Shown here: piece after piece, positions 60,865 through 64,000 of the stretch
Numbering within the stretch: the first letter of the stretch is position 1
Layout of the letters: every line of letters starts with the position of its first letter
Assembly (NCBI GenBank): GCA_051362555.1
Contig: CM120646.1
Coordinates: forward strand, 23,436,001-23,500,000
Length of the DNA: 64,000 nucleotides
From: Lingula anatina
Lineage: Eukaryota; Animalia; Brachiopoda
Direction of reading: 5' to 3'
Made by a program: the position numbers and the translations under genes
The notes under the pieces: generated by a model
What the model was told of the DNA's origin: nothing
Database searches by the model: none
Seen by the model: the letters and a program-made list of their open reading frames with translations, nothing else

Positions 60865-63800
60865 TGACAGGTGCTTTGGATGGTGGCATATATAACTGTT
60901 CTATTATACAATCTAGGGTTATGATTATGAAATACCTCGACTACTAATACATTGATCAAGAAAATTGTCTTTTATTGTGTGTTTATCATACAGGTTACTT
61001 TTTACAAACAAATTTGCACTCTAACAGACATTAATCAATATTATCTTATTTTCTTTAAGTTTTATGCATTGTAGTCAGAGTATAAAATCTATGGAATTTC
61101 CTGCATAACAACAATTATTATATCAAATTGTAATCACTAAGAAATATTTCAAAGCATTCCAACATCTAAGTGATTAATAGTGGACCAGTCTCTTTATTTT
61201 ATGACAACAAATTGCTGCTCTAGTGTGAAATAAAAAAATGACCATTGTGGGTGAAGGTCATCATTACCACTACGAGGTCAAGGTCAAGTATAATAGTTCT
61301 GACCTTGACCTCCATAAAATGACCTTAACTGTAACGTTTCCACTGATTCTGTCGTCTGTGATAAGGCATCAACAGCTGTAAATAATATATTGTTATATAC
61401 ATGTACATCTTTATGAATAAGAGATTGATTGTATTTATATCTAACAGCTGTTTTTATGGTATTGTTATAATTGCGATGTGTACTATCGCGTATATTTGTA
61501 TGAATATGAAAATGTACATTCTGAAAATATATTACATTTTGTACAGAACGTCTTTCCCGGTAGAGTTGAATATGTTCACACCACAGTTCACTGGCGGCTG
61601 ATGTCCAATAACGAGGAGAATACTGTTTCTTATTTAGTTCTCTCTTTAACCAGGGCAATCTGCTTTCTGATACTAACTTTGAACAATCACAATGAAAAAT
61701 ATCAAATAAAATTATCACCTCAGACTTTTCTATGCTCCCTGGTAGGTCCTGGAGTTTACTCCTATCCACACTTACACACCTCGCAGTGTTGATTCAGATT
61801 GCTTCTGTTAATAACTGACTTTATTCCCCGCAATTCGCTTAATTTTTGTCCATAAATATTTGCCTTAGGGGACCGGAGAATGTTTTCACAAATGAACGTG
61901 GTAATATACTTTGCCGTGGGGATTTATGAAATGTTTTTTCACAGAATTCAAAAATATTGCATGGAGCTGGGCCTTGTTAAGAAGGGACGATGTGTTACTT
62001 TACCGGCTCACCACAACTATCGGAGGTGTGTTAGTACAAAGTAACCCCGCTTTCACGCTGTCTAGATTAGTTTGTATCCAGGAACGCTGAGGGGTGGTAA
62101 AGTATGTTCTTACGTGCTCTGAACTTGTCGTTTTAAGGAGGTAAGGGGCAGTAAATAATATGTCCAAGGATAAAGTGGTACCTCCATCGCGCAATAATAA
62201 TTCAATGATAATCTCTGATGTAAAATAAGGCCTTTGTACCAGTATTGGCCGTGCACAACCCCATTAAGATTTTCTGGAAATGTACGCTTGGTTTCTTTAG
62301 CTGCGTGCGGTCCCTCGTTGATGCGAATCAGGAATTTCTGTTTTCGGTTTCTATATTTGTCTTTTATTTATGAGATTTGAACGCGCTTCTTGAAATCGCT
62401 CGTGCATATGTGTGTGGATGACATATCTGATTATTCTAGATATACTTCACGGTAGAAGTCATTCAAAAGATCTCCAGCCAAAGATGTTAACAGGTATAAA
62501 ATTATTACTAAAAACTGCTTCAAGTTGCATTTTCACTTTTGATGTTAGAACTTGTTTATTGGTCAGATACACCAGGTTGTAGTTGACATACACAGTATGA
62601 TATCCTGAATTAAAGGTATGTCAAATTTACCTTTCAAACAAAACCGGAAGACTTGAAAAGAAATCGTCACGCCCAGTGTTACACCTCTTCCTTTCATGTT
62701 TAAAACAGGGAGGTAGAGACTGCTTATTTTTACTCGTGAAACCTCATTTAAGGGGAAAAATGCCAAGAAAAGTGAAATATAAGACTTTACCTATTCAAAC
62801 TTCCGTGAATCGCTAACGTATTATAACTGAAATCACCTCAATAGTTTCACGCAATGAAAACTCGAGCAACAATGCAACAACGCGATGGCGCGTGTAGTGG
62901 TGAACGTTAATAAAAACTAAAAGCCGACTTGAAAAGGCTTCCACCCTGTGGCATTCCGCTCCCAGCCTAGTCCCATTTTTTGCGTAAAAGAAACCTCATT
63001 GCGTAAGCATCTTTTTAAGTGGTCTAATTTACCCGGCTGGTGCATATCGAACCCTGGGTCGCAACCTAGAATTTAGGATAATAGCTGTTTCCGTAACCTT
63101 GGTAATTCCTTGCCATACATTTGAACGGTATGGACTTTAGGGGGTTATTAAATTCAAGATTCGCAGTTTTTAAACACATGAAAAAGTAATTCTATCACGG
63201 CATGCGGTCATTGGTCTCATTGCCACGCACGGTTAGCGTTCATATTTGATCCGAATGTTTCTGAAACAAAAGAAATGTGATTAAATAAGTTTTGGCTTCT
63301 GGAATCGAGTTGCTGTGGACGGTATAAGAAGATATTAGAGCTGTAAGTTAAACCCTTATACCAGTAGAGGAAATATTACGAACGGGAAGAAACGTAGTTG
63401 TGTATACGTGCATGCACGTGCATACGTGTGGGCGAGGGCGAGGCGCTGAGAACGCATAAACAACATTTGATTTAAACGATGACATATGGGGTGGGGTCGT
63501 ATGATTTATCAATTTTGATACCTCCAATCGCCGAAAACTTAAAGTATCAGTTTGCTGTGTATATTAAATTCTCCACACAACAGCAATAATCCGAAGTTTT
63601 ACCCCAGATAAGATAAGATAAGATAGCTACAAGTACGAGCAGAACGCAGCCCAGGTTTCGTTGGCTTCTGGAAACTGAACTCTGCTTTTATTTCTGATGG
63701 TGTGTTTGGTCAGATAGGCGGAGGCAGGTTCACTCCTCTTCTCTGAGGCTGAGGGTAGCGCACAGTCAGTGTTATCACGACTAGGAAATGACGATAACAC

Positions 63801-64000
63801 AGCCACTTACATTGCAGTCATGACACGAAAGGTTAATGGTGGCACTGGTATTTTATAATATTTATTTATTTATTGACGTGACGTGACGGGAATAAATACA
63901 ATACATGAACCAAGGGGTCACCATATTTTGTACATTTATCAAATCTTATAAATGAAGGTTATAAGTTACCACTAGAACAAACACAATCGGATAGAATATT

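Noticed and set aside
61284-64000. ORFs 61284-61769, 61478-61792, 62000-62194 and 62563-62766, and a possible further gene start
   Set aside because: No recognisable motifs or consistent splice structure; probably UTR, intergenic DNA or old repeats.

Overview
AT-rich animal (invertebrate-like) genomic DNA with spliceosomal introns, microsatellites and many transposon relics; the species cannot be determined from the sequence. I reconstructed three host genes by hand from splice sites. (1) A + strand gene whose 5' end lies upstream of the window: 17 phase-1 fibronectin type III exons, including a recent 3x tandem copy of a 2-exon cassette, ending in a synaptotagmin-like-protein C2B domain, with no transmembrane exon seen (2872-46962). 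(2) A convergent 5-exon METTL27/WBSCR27-like SAM methyltransferase (48098-50060, -). (3) A 12-exon secreted protein with a PA domain and a PNGase F-like module (53602-60864, +). The 16.6-kb intron after the fifth FN3 exon holds a decayed, right-truncated Polinton/Maverick (adintovirus-like) element (~17117-28414). It carries a protein-primed DNA polymerase B with C2H2 fingers, an OTU-like domain and a VSR-like insert, a BIR (IAP-like) gene, a small ORF, a chromodomain integrase and a penton fragment. A Tc1/mariner and an intron-bearing Ginger transposon are nested inside it, and a BEL/Pao 3' end with its LTR follows it. All coordinates were counted by eye and may be off by a few bases; no database searches were run.
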